NCBI GenBank assembly: GCA_021769225.1
Contig: JAETTH010000001.1
Span: 7,449 to 71,448, forward strand
Length of the DNA: 64,000 nt
Source of the DNA: Erysipelotrichaceae bacterium
GTDB taxonomy: Bacteria; Bacillota; Clostridia; TANB77; CAG-508
Direction of reading: 5' to 3'
Position numbers and translations under genes: made by a program. Positions 26,700 to 36,169 of the stretch are shown here, in pieces. The notes under the pieces were generated by a model that was not told where the DNA came from, searched no databases, and saw only the letters and a list, made by a program, of their open reading frames with translations. The first letter of the stretch is position 1, and each line of letters opens with the position of its first letter.

Positions 26700-26748
26700 G
26701 TTTTTTTATTTTTTAGTTATCCTTTTATTTTCTTTTTCATTATATTTT

Positions 26749-27483
26749 TTACTTTTTCAAATCTTTATTTTCTTTTACATCACTGATTTGCTTTACCTCT
26801 TCTTTTCTATCACAAAGCTCTTTGCAATTTGCTTCTTTAAAACTTAAATACCAACTCATCCCATTTCTATTTTTCTCAATTTCACAGTTTCTTTGTTCTA
26901 GTTCAGCAAATGTTTTGGGTATTGGTACAATAACCGGTTGCCCTGGTACCCAATTAGCTGCAGTAGCTCCTTTTGCACAATCTGCTGTTTGAAGTGCTTC
27001 TAATAATCTTAGAATCTCTGGGATACATCTTCCGATTTCCATTGGATAAATTAAAATTGCTCTAATAATTCCTTTTGGATCAATTATGTATACATTTCTT
27101 ACCGTTTCTGTATTACTAACATCATTTGAAATCATTCCATATTTTCTTGCAATTTGACCATTTCTGTCTGCAATAATTGGAAATGGTACTCGTATCCCTG
27201 TTTTACAGTAAATATCATAAAGCCAAGCTAAGTGTGAACTATTGCTATCTACACTTAATCCAATCAAACAAGCATCTTTTTCTTCAAATAGTTTGTTAGC
27301 TCTGGCAAATGTAATAATTTCTGTTGTGCATACGGGGGTAAAGTCTCCTGGGTGAGAGAATAGAATAACCCATTTCCCTTTATAATTACTAAGTGAGAGA
27401 TTTCCCATGGTTGTTTGTGCATCAAAATCTGGAGCATACATTCCAATTTTTACATTTCCGTTCATCATAATTTCATAGTCCAT
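26749..27483 (-). CDS. Peroxiredoxin (Prx6/1-Cys-like) with Cys-containing C-terminal extension
   Basis: Peroxidatic motif FSHPGDFTPVCTTE and thioredoxin fold. An extra approximately 50-aa tail carries three Cys. Confidence 0.88.
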   Translation of the reverse strand: MDYEIMMNGNVKIGMYAPDFDAQTTMGNLSLSNYKGKWVILFSHPGDFTPVCTTEIITFARANKLFEEKDACLIGLSVDSNSSHLAWLYDIYCKTGIRVPFPIIADRNGQIARKYGMISNDVSNTETVRNVYIIDPKGIIRAILIYPMEIGRCIPEILRLLEALQTADCAKGATAANWVPGQPVIVPIPKTFAELEQRNCEIEKNRNGMSWYLSFKEANCKELCDRKEEVKQISDVKENKDLKK

Positions 27484-27545
27484 AAAAAATAAACTCCTTT
27501 CCTATTTTTGTACATTATATGTGTGTTTATTCTTTTTGGTTCCTA

Positions 27546-28190
27546 CTATTGTCTGATTGGTATTTTAAAAATTGGTATTCCACTAGAATAGGGTGCAATG
27601 TCATATTGTTGAAAAAAGATAGTAATATAATTTGGTGTAATATAGTAGTTTTCTAGTTTAAAATTTTCTAGCACAAGTTGACAGTAATTTTCAAAATATT
27701 GATTTAATCCATTTTCTTCTTGATATTGAATCTGTTTATTGATTTCTTTTAGGATATCAATGATATAGTATGGATTATTAGGAAAAAAAGACATTAGTGG
27801 TATTTGTCTTACTGCTTGCAAATCCCAATTTTGTGATTTTCGAATTGTACTTCCATGTGCTCCTCCAGTAAAGATGTATTCATCTGAATAAAGACTAACA
27901 ATATACTCCTGGTTATAAGTAATTGTATATTCTAATACTACTTCATATACCATAATAGGATAGCCATTTTTCTTGTTGTATTCATATGTTTCAATTGCTT
28001 CTTGATAAAGTTGTGTTTCACTGTATTCTTTAAGTTCTAATGCTTTTCTTTGATTATATTGATTAAATGCTTGTTTTCCATACTCATAATTGCTAGATAT
28101 AATTTCTGGATATTGAATTCTATATGTTAAGATAACTGTTCCATCATATTCCATCTCTCTTCTTATTGTTCTTTCTATAATCTCGTTCAT
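27546..28190 (-). CDS. DUF3298/DUF4163 domain protein
   Basis: TGGAHG core block and overall length. Start set at ATG 28190, preceded by AAAAGGAGGG. Confidence 0.6.
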   Translation of the reverse strand: MNEIIERTIRREMEYDGTVILTYRIQYPEIISSNYEYGKQAFNQYNQRKALELKEYSETQLYQEAIETYEYNKKNGYPIMVYEVVLEYTITYNQEYIVSLYSDEYIFTGGAHGSTIRKSQNWDLQAVRQIPLMSFFPNNPYYIIDILKEINKQIQYQEENGLNQYFENYCQLVLENFKLENYYITPNYITIFFQQYDIAPYSSGIPIFKIPIRQ

Positions 28191-28304
28191 AGTATTCCCT
28201 CCTTTTGGAATACTATATGTTTGTTTTAGATTTATTGTTTCACTTTTTAAGAATAATTTTTTCAAAAAAATAAGAGCTAAGTTTTTTAGCTCCTATTTCT
28301 TTTT

Positions 28305-28976
28305 TTAAATATATTTTTCAACTTCCTTAAAGATTTCATCTGAGATGTCTTCAATTGTTCTTATTTGGCCATTTTTAACACATTTTACCTCATACCAGTC
28401 ATATGCCGAAGCTAAATCACAAGCAGCATTGTAACTGTCTATAATGTGGTTTTTATCTCTTTCATGAATATCTTTATTTTCATTATGGGTAAATTTATTT
28501 TCTCTATTTTCCATTAGTTTCATTGCAAAGTCTGGTGGCATATTTAAGAAAAAGCATTTTGTTGGAATTGGAATTTGATATAAATGAAATTCAAAGTCCC
28601 AAAGCCAATTTAAGAATTTTTCTCTTTCTTGTTTATCTTTAATTTTACCAGCTTGATGAACCATGTTGGCTGTTGTATAGCGATCTGCTAATATAATGCC
28701 ACCATTTTCATAATACTCTTTATAATCTTTAATATAAGTAGCATAGCGATCAGCTGCATAAAATGTAGATGCAATGTATGGACTTACTTCTTTTGCATTT
28801 TCTCCAAATTCACCAGATAAATACATTTTTACTAAAGATGATGATGGGCTATCATAGTTTGGAAAGCTAACGGTTCGAAAATCTATTTCTTTTTGTGTTA
28901 GTTTCTTTTTTAGTTCTTCAAATTGTGTTTGTTTGCCACTACCATCTGTACCATCAATAACAAATAATTTTCCCAT
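28305..28976 (-). CDS. Thymidylate kinase-like nucleoside monophosphate kinase
   Basis: P-loop FVIDGTDGSGKQTQ, DRY motif (LADRYTTANMVHQ), about 223 aa. Confidence 0.7.
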   Translation of the reverse strand: MGKLFVIDGTDGSGKQTQFEELKKKLTQKEIDFRTVSFPNYDSPSSSLVKMYLSGEFGENAKEVSPYIASTFYAADRYATYIKDYKEYYENGGIILADRYTTANMVHQAGKIKDKQEREKFLNWLWDFEFHLYQIPIPTKCFFLNMPPDFAMKLMENRENKFTHNENKDIHERDKNHIIDSYNAACDLASAYDWYEVKCVKNGQIRTIEDISDEIFKEVEKYI

Positions 28977-29003
28977 TTTCTTTTCCTTCCTCTATGCTTT
29001 TAG

Positions 29004-29342
29004 CTATACTTTGTTCCAGAACCAGTCTAAGCTGTTGTCAAGGCTTTTCTTTTTATTGGCTTCTGCATCGATGTGATCGATCCATAAATATGCAATAAAA
29101 GAAATGAAAACAAAGGCAAAGTCTAATCCCATGTTGTAAGTTGCTGAGTATACAAGATCTGCATCAGTTTTGTTTGCAAGTCCTAATTGTACTCCATGGA
29201 AAATTAGTAATGCTAAGAATAGAAACAACATGATGGCTACAATAAAGCTTTTTTTGGTTTCTTTTCCTAAAAATACTGTTAAAACTACTCCTAAAAGAAC
29301 TAATAACAATGTTATTGGTTCTGCAATGTTACAAATAACCAT
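29004..29342 (-). CDS. Small integral membrane protein (3 TM), hypothetical
   Basis: Hydrophobic 112-aa ORF between glmM and the kinase gene, on the same strand with tight spacing. Confidence 0.55.
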   Translation of the reverse strand: MVICNIAEPITLLLVLLGVVLTVFLGKETKKSFIVAIMLFLFLALLIFHGVQLGLANKTDADLVYSATYNMGLDFAFVFISFIAYLWIDHIDAEANKKKSLDNSLDWFWNKV

Positions 29343-29403
29343 TTCTTAATCACCCTTTCTTTTGTTTATTGTTTCTTTATCTATGTAAAAAATTATAATG
29401 TAC

Positions 29404-30768
29404 TTACTTAAGTCTTTCTTCAATTAATGCTGCTATTGCTTGTGCTTTTTTCTCTGTGTATTCTTTGTTTTCTCCTTCTATCATAACACGTACTACTGGT
29501 TCTGTACCAGATGGTCTAATTAGTACTCTTCCATTTCCAGAGAATTCTTTTTCTACTTTTTCAATTTCTTCTTTTACTTTTTCGTCTTTGTCATAATCAT
29601 ATTTTTTATCATTGGATACTTTTGCGTTGATTAAGACTTGTGGATATATTTTTATAATTTCCGCTAGTTTAGATACTTTTTCCTTTTTCTCTAACATAAC
29701 ACTAATTAGCATTAAAGATGTTAAAATTCCATCTCCTGTTGGATTGTAGTCTAGGAAAATAATATGTCCTGATTGTTCTCCTCCTATGTTGTATCCTTCT
29801 TTTAACATTTCTTCTAGTACATATCTGTCTCCTACTTTTGTTTGTTTTAATGTAAGGTTATTATCTTGTGCATATTTTTTTAGTCCTAAGTTACTCATTA
29901 CAGTAGCAACAATGGTGTCTCTTTTTAGGGTTCCTTTTTCTTTCATGTAGTTTGAGATAATTGCCATAATGATGTCTCCATCTATTTCGTTACCATTTTC
30001 GTCAATAGCTAAACATCTGTCTCCATCTCCATCATAAGCAATTCCTAAGTTCATTTTGTTTTGAACTACATATTTTTTTAATCCTTCTAAATGGGTTGAT
30101 CCACAGTTGTCATTAATGTTGATTCCATTTGGATGGTTGTTAATAATTTCATAGTTAATTCCTAATGTTTTGAATATTTTTTCTGCTACTTCATAAGTTG
30201 CTCCATTTGCTGTATCTATTGCCACTTTGAAGTTTTGCTGATTATATTTGTCAATTTTGTCATCAAAGTTTTTACGAAAGAAGTATACATATTCTTCAAT
30301 TAAGTCTTGCCTTACTTCTGAAACACCAATTTTTTCATGAGTCGCTGTAAGTTCATCTAATTTTCCAGAGTCCATAATTTCTTCTATTTCTTCTTCTATT
30401 TCATCTGGTATTTTCATTCCTTTATTACTAAAGTATTTTACACCATTAAATTCAAATGTATTATGTGATGCTGAAATTACAACACTGGCATCTGCATTTA
30501 ATTTTTTAGTTAAATAAGCTACTGCTGGTGTAGGAATAACGCCTAATATCTTTACATTTGCTCCATAACTTAAAAATCCTGCTACCATTGCACTTTCTAT
30601 TAATGTTCCTGAAATTCTAGTATCCCTTCCAATTAGGATTGTTGGATTGTGATCAGTATGTTTTGATAATACATATGCTCCTGCTTTTGCTACACGATAT
30701 ACCAATTCTGGTGATAATTCAGTGTTTGCAATTCTTCTAATCCCATCTGTTCCAAAATATTTTCTCAA
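29404..30768 (-). CDS. glmM: Phosphoglucosamine mutase
   Basis: KYFGTDGIR, phosphoserine loop SASHN, DGDGDR metal site, GEQSGH. Confidence 0.94.
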   Translation of the reverse strand: MRKYFGTDGIRRIANTELSPELVYRVAKAGAYVLSKHTDHNPTILIGRDTRISGTLIESAMVAGFLSYGANVKILGVIPTPAVAYLTKKLNADASVVISASHNTFEFNGVKYFSNKGMKIPDEIEEEIEEIMDSGKLDELTATHEKIGVSEVRQDLIEEYVYFFRKNFDDKIDKYNQQNFKVAIDTANGATYEVAEKIFKTLGINYEIINNHPNGININDNCGSTHLEGLKKYVVQNKMNLGIAYDGDGDRCLAIDENGNEIDGDIIMAIISNYMKEKGTLKRDTIVATVMSNLGLKKYAQDNNLTLKQTKVGDRYVLEEMLKEGYNIGGEQSGHIIFLDYNPTGDGILTSLMLISVMLEKKEKVSKLAEIIKIYPQVLINAKVSNDKKYDYDKDEKVKEEIEKVEKEFSGNGRVLIRPSGTEPVVRVMIEGENKEYTEKKAQAIAALIEERLK

Positions 30769-30825
30769 GATTCTTTTCCTCCTCTATTTAGTCTTTTACT
30801 TTATTGTATTGGTGCTTTTTTCTAT

Positions 30826-31262
30826 TTATTCTTTTCCCAACCTTTTGAATATTGTTTCGAAAAATACTTTTATATCCCATTTTAAATTTCGATGCTTAAT
30901 ATAGTATAGCTCTATTTTGATTCTTTCATTATAGCTTGCCTGTTTATTATTTTTAATTTGCGAATAACCTGTTAATCTCGGTTTCACACTTAGAAATACT
31001 TTTTGTTGTTTTTCATTATATTTTTCAAGTTTTTGTTGAATGATTGATCTTGGTCCCTATAAAAGAAAGATTTCCTCTTAGAATATTAAATAATTGTGGT
31101 AATTCGTCTAAGCTATATTTTCTTAGGGATTTCCTTTCCTGCTTTTCCTATTCGTTTATAGACAAAGATAACTAGATTTTTTGAGTTGTCTAGTTTAATT
31201 GCAAGTGTAATAAGAAGAAAAGCTGGTAATAAGAGAATAATTTGTATAGTTGATAAAATAAT
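30826..31262 (-). pseudogene. Decayed undecaprenyl-phosphate sugar phosphotransferase (bacterial sugar transferase family)
   Basis: My three-frame reading finds ILSTIQIILLLPAFLLITLAIKLDNSKNLVIFVYKRIGKAGKE, then SLDELPQLFNILRGNLSFIG, then PRSIIQQKLEKYNEKQQKVFLSVKPRLTGYSQIKN...ERIKIELYYIKHRNLKWDIKVFFETI. These lie in different frames, with an internal deletion of about 35 codons and several stops. Confidence 0.7.
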
Positions 31263-31383
31263 ATTACATATTCTTTTAATTGTTTCCTATCCTTTTTTAC
31301 TTTCATTTTCTCCCTTAATTTTTTGCAATTTTATTATATAGTTTTGTGAAAAAAATCACAAGTACTTTTTGTTGTTTTTTGTC

Positions 31384-32148
31384 TTATTTTTTAAAAAATT
31401 TAAATTCTTTAATTGGAGTTGGTAATGTTACTTCTATTTCTTCATCATTTATAATTTTTTCAGGATTTTGATTCATCAAAGTATTTACCTTTTCTTCTCC
31501 TATTAATTTTGCTAATTTTTCTAAAATATTGTTTGTTTGAAGATAAATTGTATTTTTTCTATGAACATCTGATGCTAGAAAATGTATCATTTCATGTTTT
31601 AATAGTTTTATCATTGTTTTTTGAGCTTTTTTTCCATAGTTTCCTGCAAAACTCCCTAGATTTCCTTGAAATAAAACGCCTTTTCCAATCCACTCTAGTA
31701 ATAGATTAGGATTTTTTTGTACATAGGAATATCTTTCTGGATGTGCAATAATAGGAACGATATTTATTGATAATAGATTAAATATTAGATTATCCAAATT
31801 TAGTATTTTACTATTCATTGGAAGTTCAAATAATAAATATCTACTATTATTTAAAGTTGATATTTCTTTTTTCTGGATCATTTCATCCATATTGTTTGTG
31901 ATATATACTTCGTTTCCCATACATAGTTTTACTTCTATTTTTTCTTTTTGTAATATTAATTTTATTTTTTCTAATATTGTTTCTACTTCACCCGGAGTTG
32001 TTTCATAGTTTCCTGCTATATAGTGTGGAGTTGTTATAACTGTGTCAAAACCTGCTTCTTTTGCTTCTTTTAACAATATAATGGTATCTTTTATTTCTTT
32101 TGCTCCATCATCGATTCCAGGTATAATATGGGTATGAATATCAATCAT
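31384..32148 (-). CDS. cpsB: PHP-family protein-tyrosine phosphatase (CpsB/Wzh/CapC type)
   Basis: MIDIHTHIIPGIDDGA N-terminus, TPHY, AHPERY, ASDVH motifs. Confidence 0.9.
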   Translation of the reverse strand: MIDIHTHIIPGIDDGAKEIKDTIILLKEAKEAGFDTVITTPHYIAGNYETTPGEVETILEKIKLILQKEKIEVKLCMGNEVYITNNMDEMIQKKEISTLNNSRYLLFELPMNSKILNLDNLIFNLLSINIVPIIAHPERYSYVQKNPNLLLEWIGKGVLFQGNLGSFAGNYGKKAQKTMIKLLKHEMIHFLASDVHRKNTIYLQTNNILEKLAKLIGEEKVNTLMNQNPEKIINDEEIEVTLPTPIKEFKFFKK

Positions 32149-33217
32149 GTTTTTCTCCTTGTGATAGTTTTGCTTTTTCTCTTTCTAGATAGGAATTGAT
32201 ATCTTTTAGTAAGTCTTCTGTATTTAAGTCTTTTCTTGGTGTGTCCTCTACTTTTTTGTTTTCTATTTTTTCTATATTTTCCTTCTCATCTTTTTCTTCT
32301 TTTTCAAAGTCGTAAATATGCTTTTTATTTTCTTCTTGTTTATATTCTACTGCCTCTTTGTATCTTTCTTCTATTTGTTGTTTTTCTTTTACTTTTAAAG
32401 GTATTTCCTTTTTTTCTTGTATATTTTTTTCTCTTGTTGGTTGTTCTATTTTTATTGCTACTTCTTTTTCTTCACGAGAATAACTTATTGCTTTCCTATT
32501 TTTTATAGGTACTGGCATCGTATAGGAAGAACCATAATAATATTTTTCTTTATATTCTTTTTGTGACACTGGCATTTTGTTAATTACAACACCTGCTATT
32601 TTTCCACCTACATTTTGTATTGATTTTACAATCTTTTTTAGATTATCTGCTTTTGTCCTTTTATATGCTGTTACAATAATGGTAGAGTCAACTAATCTAG
32701 ATACAATAACTGCGTCTGTTACTAATGCACTTGGTGTCCCATCAAAAATGACAATATCACAGAATTGTTCAAGTCTTGTTAGCATTTCTGCCATTTTATC
32801 TGAGATTAAAAGTTCAGATGGATTTGGCGGTACATTTCCTGCTGGAATTACATATAAGTTGTCTATGCTAGTTTGTTGTATATATGTAAAAATGTCTTCA
32901 TTACTTTCTTTTCCAGAATTAGTTAGTCCTGATAAGAAGTTGGATAACCCTGGAATTGGTTTAATGTTAAAGATTGAAAATTGTCTTCCTTTTCTCATAT
33001 CAGCATCAATTAAAACAACTTTTTTCCCCGCTTGTGCAAATGTTACTGCTAAATTAGATGCCACCCAGCTTTTTCCTTCTTCTGGCAATGTACTTGTTAC
33101 TAATAATGATTTTAGTCCATGGCTAGAATTCATAAATTGAATATTGGTTCTTAATGTTCTAAAAACTTCAGAAACGGGTGATTTTGGATCATAACTTGTT
33201 ATTAATTCTCTTCTCAT
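32141..33217 (-). CDS. cpsD: BY-kinase (bacterial tyrosine kinase) catalytic subunit (CpsD/Wze/CapB type) with long Lys/Glu-rich C-terminal extension
   Basis: Walker A TSTLPEEGKS, A' VVLIDADMRK, B IVIFDGTP. Tyr cluster KEKYYYGSSY at about residues 223-232, followed by about 125 extra residues. Confidence 0.88.
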   Translation of the reverse strand: MRRELITSYDPKSPVSEVFRTLRTNIQFMNSSHGLKSLLVTSTLPEEGKSWVASNLAVTFAQAGKKVVLIDADMRKGRQFSIFNIKPIPGLSNFLSGLTNSGKESNEDIFTYIQQTSIDNLYVIPAGNVPPNPSELLISDKMAEMLTRLEQFCDIVIFDGTPSALVTDAVIVSRLVDSTIIVTAYKRTKADNLKKIVKSIQNVGGKIAGVVINKMPVSQKEYKEKYYYGSSYTMPVPIKNRKAISYSREEKEVAIKIEQPTREKNIQEKKEIPLKVKEKQQIEERYKEAVEYKQEENKKHIYDFEKEEKDEKENIEKIENKKVEDTPRKDLNTEDLLKDINSYLEREKAKLSQGEKHD

Positions 33218-33930
33218 TATTTTTTTCCTCCTTTGTTTTCTGAGCCATAAACAGGTATTGAAGCTAAAACTGTTAACCCAGTAACATTTTCAATATCTTC
33301 TGCTGATTTAATTGTGGTATCAAATACTGTAATAAAAAAGATATAGATAATGGCTATCATTACACCAATAAAGCTAAACAAAATAATATCTTTTTGATGG
33401 TTAATGTTATATGGAGTATTTGCTGCAGCTGCTTTTTCGACAATATGGATATTGTTAATATTATAAATATCTTTTGCAATCTTTTCCACAAATACATTTG
33501 CCGTTTCATCTGCTATTTTAGCTGCTAATTCTGGTTTTGCATTTGTAACTGTTATTTTAATTAGCTGCGTTCCAGACACTTGACTTACTGTAATACTATT
33601 TTTTAAAGTTTCTTCATCGATATTGATTTTTAGATTGCTAATTACTTGATTTAGTACATCTTTCGTTTTCATCAAAGCACTATAAGTAGATACTAGTTGA
33701 TTATTTAAACTAATATCTGTTTGAGTAATTTGTCCTTGCGTAGATGTATCATCTCCACTTGCTGGTGTATCTTTTGCTAGCACAAGTGTAGTATAGGATT
33801 GATACATCGGTTTAGTAAAGTTATATGTATAAATGACTCCTACTACTGTAAAAATAGCAATAATTAAAATAATTTGTATTTTTTTACTCCATAAATTATT
33901 AATAATTCCATTAAAATTTAGCTCGTCCAT
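33217..33930 (-). CDS. cpsC: Polysaccharide chain-length determinant / BY-kinase transmembrane activator (CpsC/Wzd/CapA type)
   Basis: Wzz-like: N-terminal TM, extracellular domain, C-terminal TM, short basic tail. Stop overlaps the cpsD start. Confidence 0.85.
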   Translation of the reverse strand: MDELNFNGIINNLWSKKIQIILIIAIFTVVGVIYTYNFTKPMYQSYTTLVLAKDTPASGDDTSTQGQITQTDISLNNQLVSTYSALMKTKDVLNQVISNLKINIDEETLKNSITVSQVSGTQLIKITVTNAKPELAAKIADETANVFVEKIAKDIYNINNIHIVEKAAAANTPYNINHQKDIILFSFIGVMIAIIYIFFITVFDTTIKSAEDIENVTGLTVLASIPVYGSENKGGKK

Positions 33931-33989
33931 GAATTTTTCCCCTTTTCTTTTTTCTTCTGCTTTTTTTATCTTTTTTCTTATTTTATTTT

Positions 33990-34511
33990 TTAGCCTTCTT
34001 TATTTCTTGACTTTCTATTTTTTTCTTTTTTAGTCTTTTTATTAATCTCCTCTCTTAAAAGATTGATAAAATTAGGTGTATTACTAATCATTTCTTTTGG
34101 TTTAAATGTTCTTGCTTGTTTTAATGCTTCATCTAATTTTTCAAAATCATAAAGAGGAATAATGTACCCTTCTTCACTAAAATTTTCTAATATTTGAAGT
34201 TGGTGATCATTGGTGTGTTCTCCATATCTTTCAAGTCTTGCCCCAACAACGACTGGTTTTCCGTGTTTTACTCCATCGATGATAGTTCCAACTCCTCCGT
34301 GTGTAATAATCAAATCCGCTTCTTCCATCATGTTAGCAAATTGATCTGCTGGAATATAGTCGAAAATTTCCATTTTATTGGATTCAAAAACAGTTGAACC
34401 TGCTTGTACTATGACTTTATCTGTAATATTTCCTAACTCTATTTGCTTTTGGACTGCTTCTAAAAGTCTTCTAAATGGCTTATCTTGAGTTCCAAGTGTT
34501 ACTAGAATCAT
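33990..34511 (-). CDS. Alg13-like glycosyltransferase subunit (GT28 C-terminal domain, PssE/EpsF type)
   Basis: MILVTLGTQDKPF...ITHGGVGT. Start at ATG 34511 overlaps the stop of the Alg14-like gene (TAATG). Confidence 0.8.
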   Translation of the reverse strand: MILVTLGTQDKPFRRLLEAVQKQIELGNITDKVIVQAGSTVFESNKMEIFDYIPADQFANMMEEADLIITHGGVGTIIDGVKHGKPVVVGARLERYGEHTNDHQLQILENFSEEGYIIPLYDFEKLDEALKQARTFKPKEMISNTPNFINLLREEINKKTKKEKNRKSRNKEG

Positions 34512-34984
34512 TAGTAAATCCACCCCCAACATACAGCTTTTGGATAAAACTGAAGCATATTTTCCCATTGAACAACAAAGGTGTCTGCTACAGGATAAAT
34601 TAGTCTTCCTGCTACTGTTGGTGTTGTTCGGTTCGCAAATGTTTCAATATAGATTACTTTTGTTCTAAATAGTTTTGATAAATAGCACATAGGAACTGCT
34701 GTATGTGTTCCTGTTGTAACTAATACATCTGGTCTTAATTTGAATAGGAAATATAAACTTTTAATCCAATTCCATGCAAATTTAAAGAAATAGGCGAATA
34801 AGTTCTTTTTTGTCCCATAGACTAAAAAGTCTACTTTGTCTTTTCCATATTTTTCTTTTAAATTACTATTTGTTTTTGTTTTTTCTGTAATAATATGGTA
34901 GTCATATTCCTCCATTAATGGTTTTAATTGCATTAGTTCATTAAAATGTCCACCTGTACTAGAAATAAATAAAACTTTTTTCAT
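34511..34984 (-). CDS. Alg14-like membrane-associated glycosyltransferase subunit (PssD type)
   Basis: MKKVLFISSTGGHFNELMQL, TGTHTAVP. 157 aa, paired with the Alg13-like gene. Confidence 0.8.
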   Translation of the reverse strand: MKKVLFISSTGGHFNELMQLKPLMEEYDYHIITEKTKTNSNLKEKYGKDKVDFLVYGTKKNLFAYFFKFAWNWIKSLYFLFKLRPDVLVTTGTHTAVPMCYLSKLFRTKVIYIETFANRTTPTVAGRLIYPVADTFVVQWENMLQFYPKAVCWGWIY

Positions 34985-34993
34985 AAAATACTC

Positions 34994-36169
34994 CTACTTA
35001 TTCTTTATTATTTTTCTCTTTAAAAGTGATAACTGATTTAATACTTTTGTTTTGAATTTTTTTATGTGATTTTCTTTTGGAAGATATTTTTTAGAAAGTT
35101 CATCAAACTCCATTTTTCCAAAGTCGTTAAAGAAATTTTCTCTTAATGGATTTATCTTTACAGATTGAACAATACATGGATTGTTTTGAATTGCAAAGTC
35201 TAAATCGCAGTTTGGTTGATAAACTAAATTATTTTTGATTTTTTCAAATAGTTCTTCTCCCTTTTTGCTATGAACTAATATTAAAGATGTTCCTTTATCA
35301 TCTGAAAATTTCGGATATTTTTTTTCTACTCCCCAAAAATCTCCTAGAGTTAAATCAGCCTCTCTATCTAGTCCTTTAAATTTACAATCATAGCAACTAG
35401 GTCTTAAAGTATAGTTTTGTGCAAATAACTGAATATATGGGTCTTTTGCTCCTAATTGTCTGTATTCTTGTCCATCTTTCATTGTAAGTTGAATAGAATA
35501 TTGATTCCATCCATTTGCTTTATTTCTAAATGAAATGTCTTTGGTTTTCCCCTGTATTTCTTCCTCTATTTTTTCTTTATATTTTTGAAATATTTTTGGA
35601 GAAGGTACTCCATGGCATATAATATCACAAGTATATAAATTTGTATAATCTTTTTTTAAGAAATTCTTTAACCCTGCAATTTGGCAACCTGTTCCTGTAT
35701 AAAGGATTGTCCTTCCCTCTTCTAGCAGTTCTTTTACTTTTCGAAATGTTGTTTTAGTATCACTTTGTACATATTTAGAGCCTTTTAATTCTTGTAACTC
35801 TTGAATATTTTTAACTGGTTTATGAACAACATTTAAGTATTCATCAAAACCTGCACCATAAACAATTCCGTCTTTTTCAAAGATTTTCTTTGCTAATTCT
35901 TCAAAGATTCCTCCTGAAGAGCTTTCTTCTCTATTCTCTTCTTGTCTACTATAAGCTGCAATTGCTACTTTTCTACCTTCTGTTTTCTTCTTTTGATTTA
36001 TAACAGGACATACTCTTTCGCAGGCTCCACAATTAATACATTTCTCTAAATCAATAATAGGATATTGAAATCCTTCTTTATCTGACTTCATCTTAATTGC
36101 ATTTTTCGGACAAATGTTAAAGCATGCATTGCAACCAGAACAATTTTTCTTTTCCACTATTTCAATCAT
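34994..36169 (-). CDS. FrhB/FdhB-like (coenzyme F420 hydrogenase beta subunit family) protein with two 4Fe-4S ferredoxin motifs
   Basis: CSGCNACFNICP and CINCGACERVCP, followed by an FrhB-like domain. This is the usual partner of polysaccharide pyruvyl transferases. Confidence 0.78.
   Translation of the reverse strand: MIEIVEKKNCSGCNACFNICPKNAIKMKSDKEGFQYPIIDLEKCINCGACERVCPVINQKKKTEGRKVAIAAYSRQEENREESSSGGIFEELAKKIFEKDGIVYGAGFDEYLNVVHKPVKNIQELQELKGSKYVQSDTKTTFRKVKELLEEGRTILYTGTGCQIAGLKNFLKKDYTNLYTCDIICHGVPSPKIFQKYKEKIEEEIQGKTKDISFRNKANGWNQYSIQLTMKDGQEYRQLGAKDPYIQLFAQNYTLRPSCYDCKFKGLDREADLTLGDFWGVEKKYPKFSDDKGTSLILVHSKKGEELFEKIKNNLVYQPNCDLDFAIQNNPCIVQSVKINPLRENFFNDFGKMEFDELSKKYLPKENHIKKFKTKVLNQLSLLKRKIIKNK

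Noticed and set aside
26643-26700. CATACTAAT-like element upstream of the DUF1540 gene. Considered a mother-cell sigma (SigE/SigK-type) -10.
   Set aside because: Only the -10-like half is visible. I could not identify a matching -35 at the correct spacing, so the call would be speculation.
27264-27446. 60-codon minus-strand ORF nested in another frame of the peroxiredoxin gene, and a similar nested ORF at 55997-56179.
   Set aside because: Both are fully contained in strongly supported genes, have no ribosome-binding site, and their translations look non-biological.
27484-27545. Looked for a PerR/OxyR-type box upstream of the peroxiredoxin gene.
   Set aside because: No TTATAAT-N-ATTATAA-like palindrome or other clear inverted repeat is present in the short upstream region.
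32577-33140. 187-codon plus-strand ORF (plus 32236-32508) antisense to the BY-kinase gene. This is long for an AT-rich genome.
   Set aside because: It lies entirely opposite a well-conserved P-loop kinase gene, has no ribosome-binding site, and its product is low-complexity and hydrophobic with no family resemblance. It looks like a typical antisense shadow ORF of a purine-rich coding strand.
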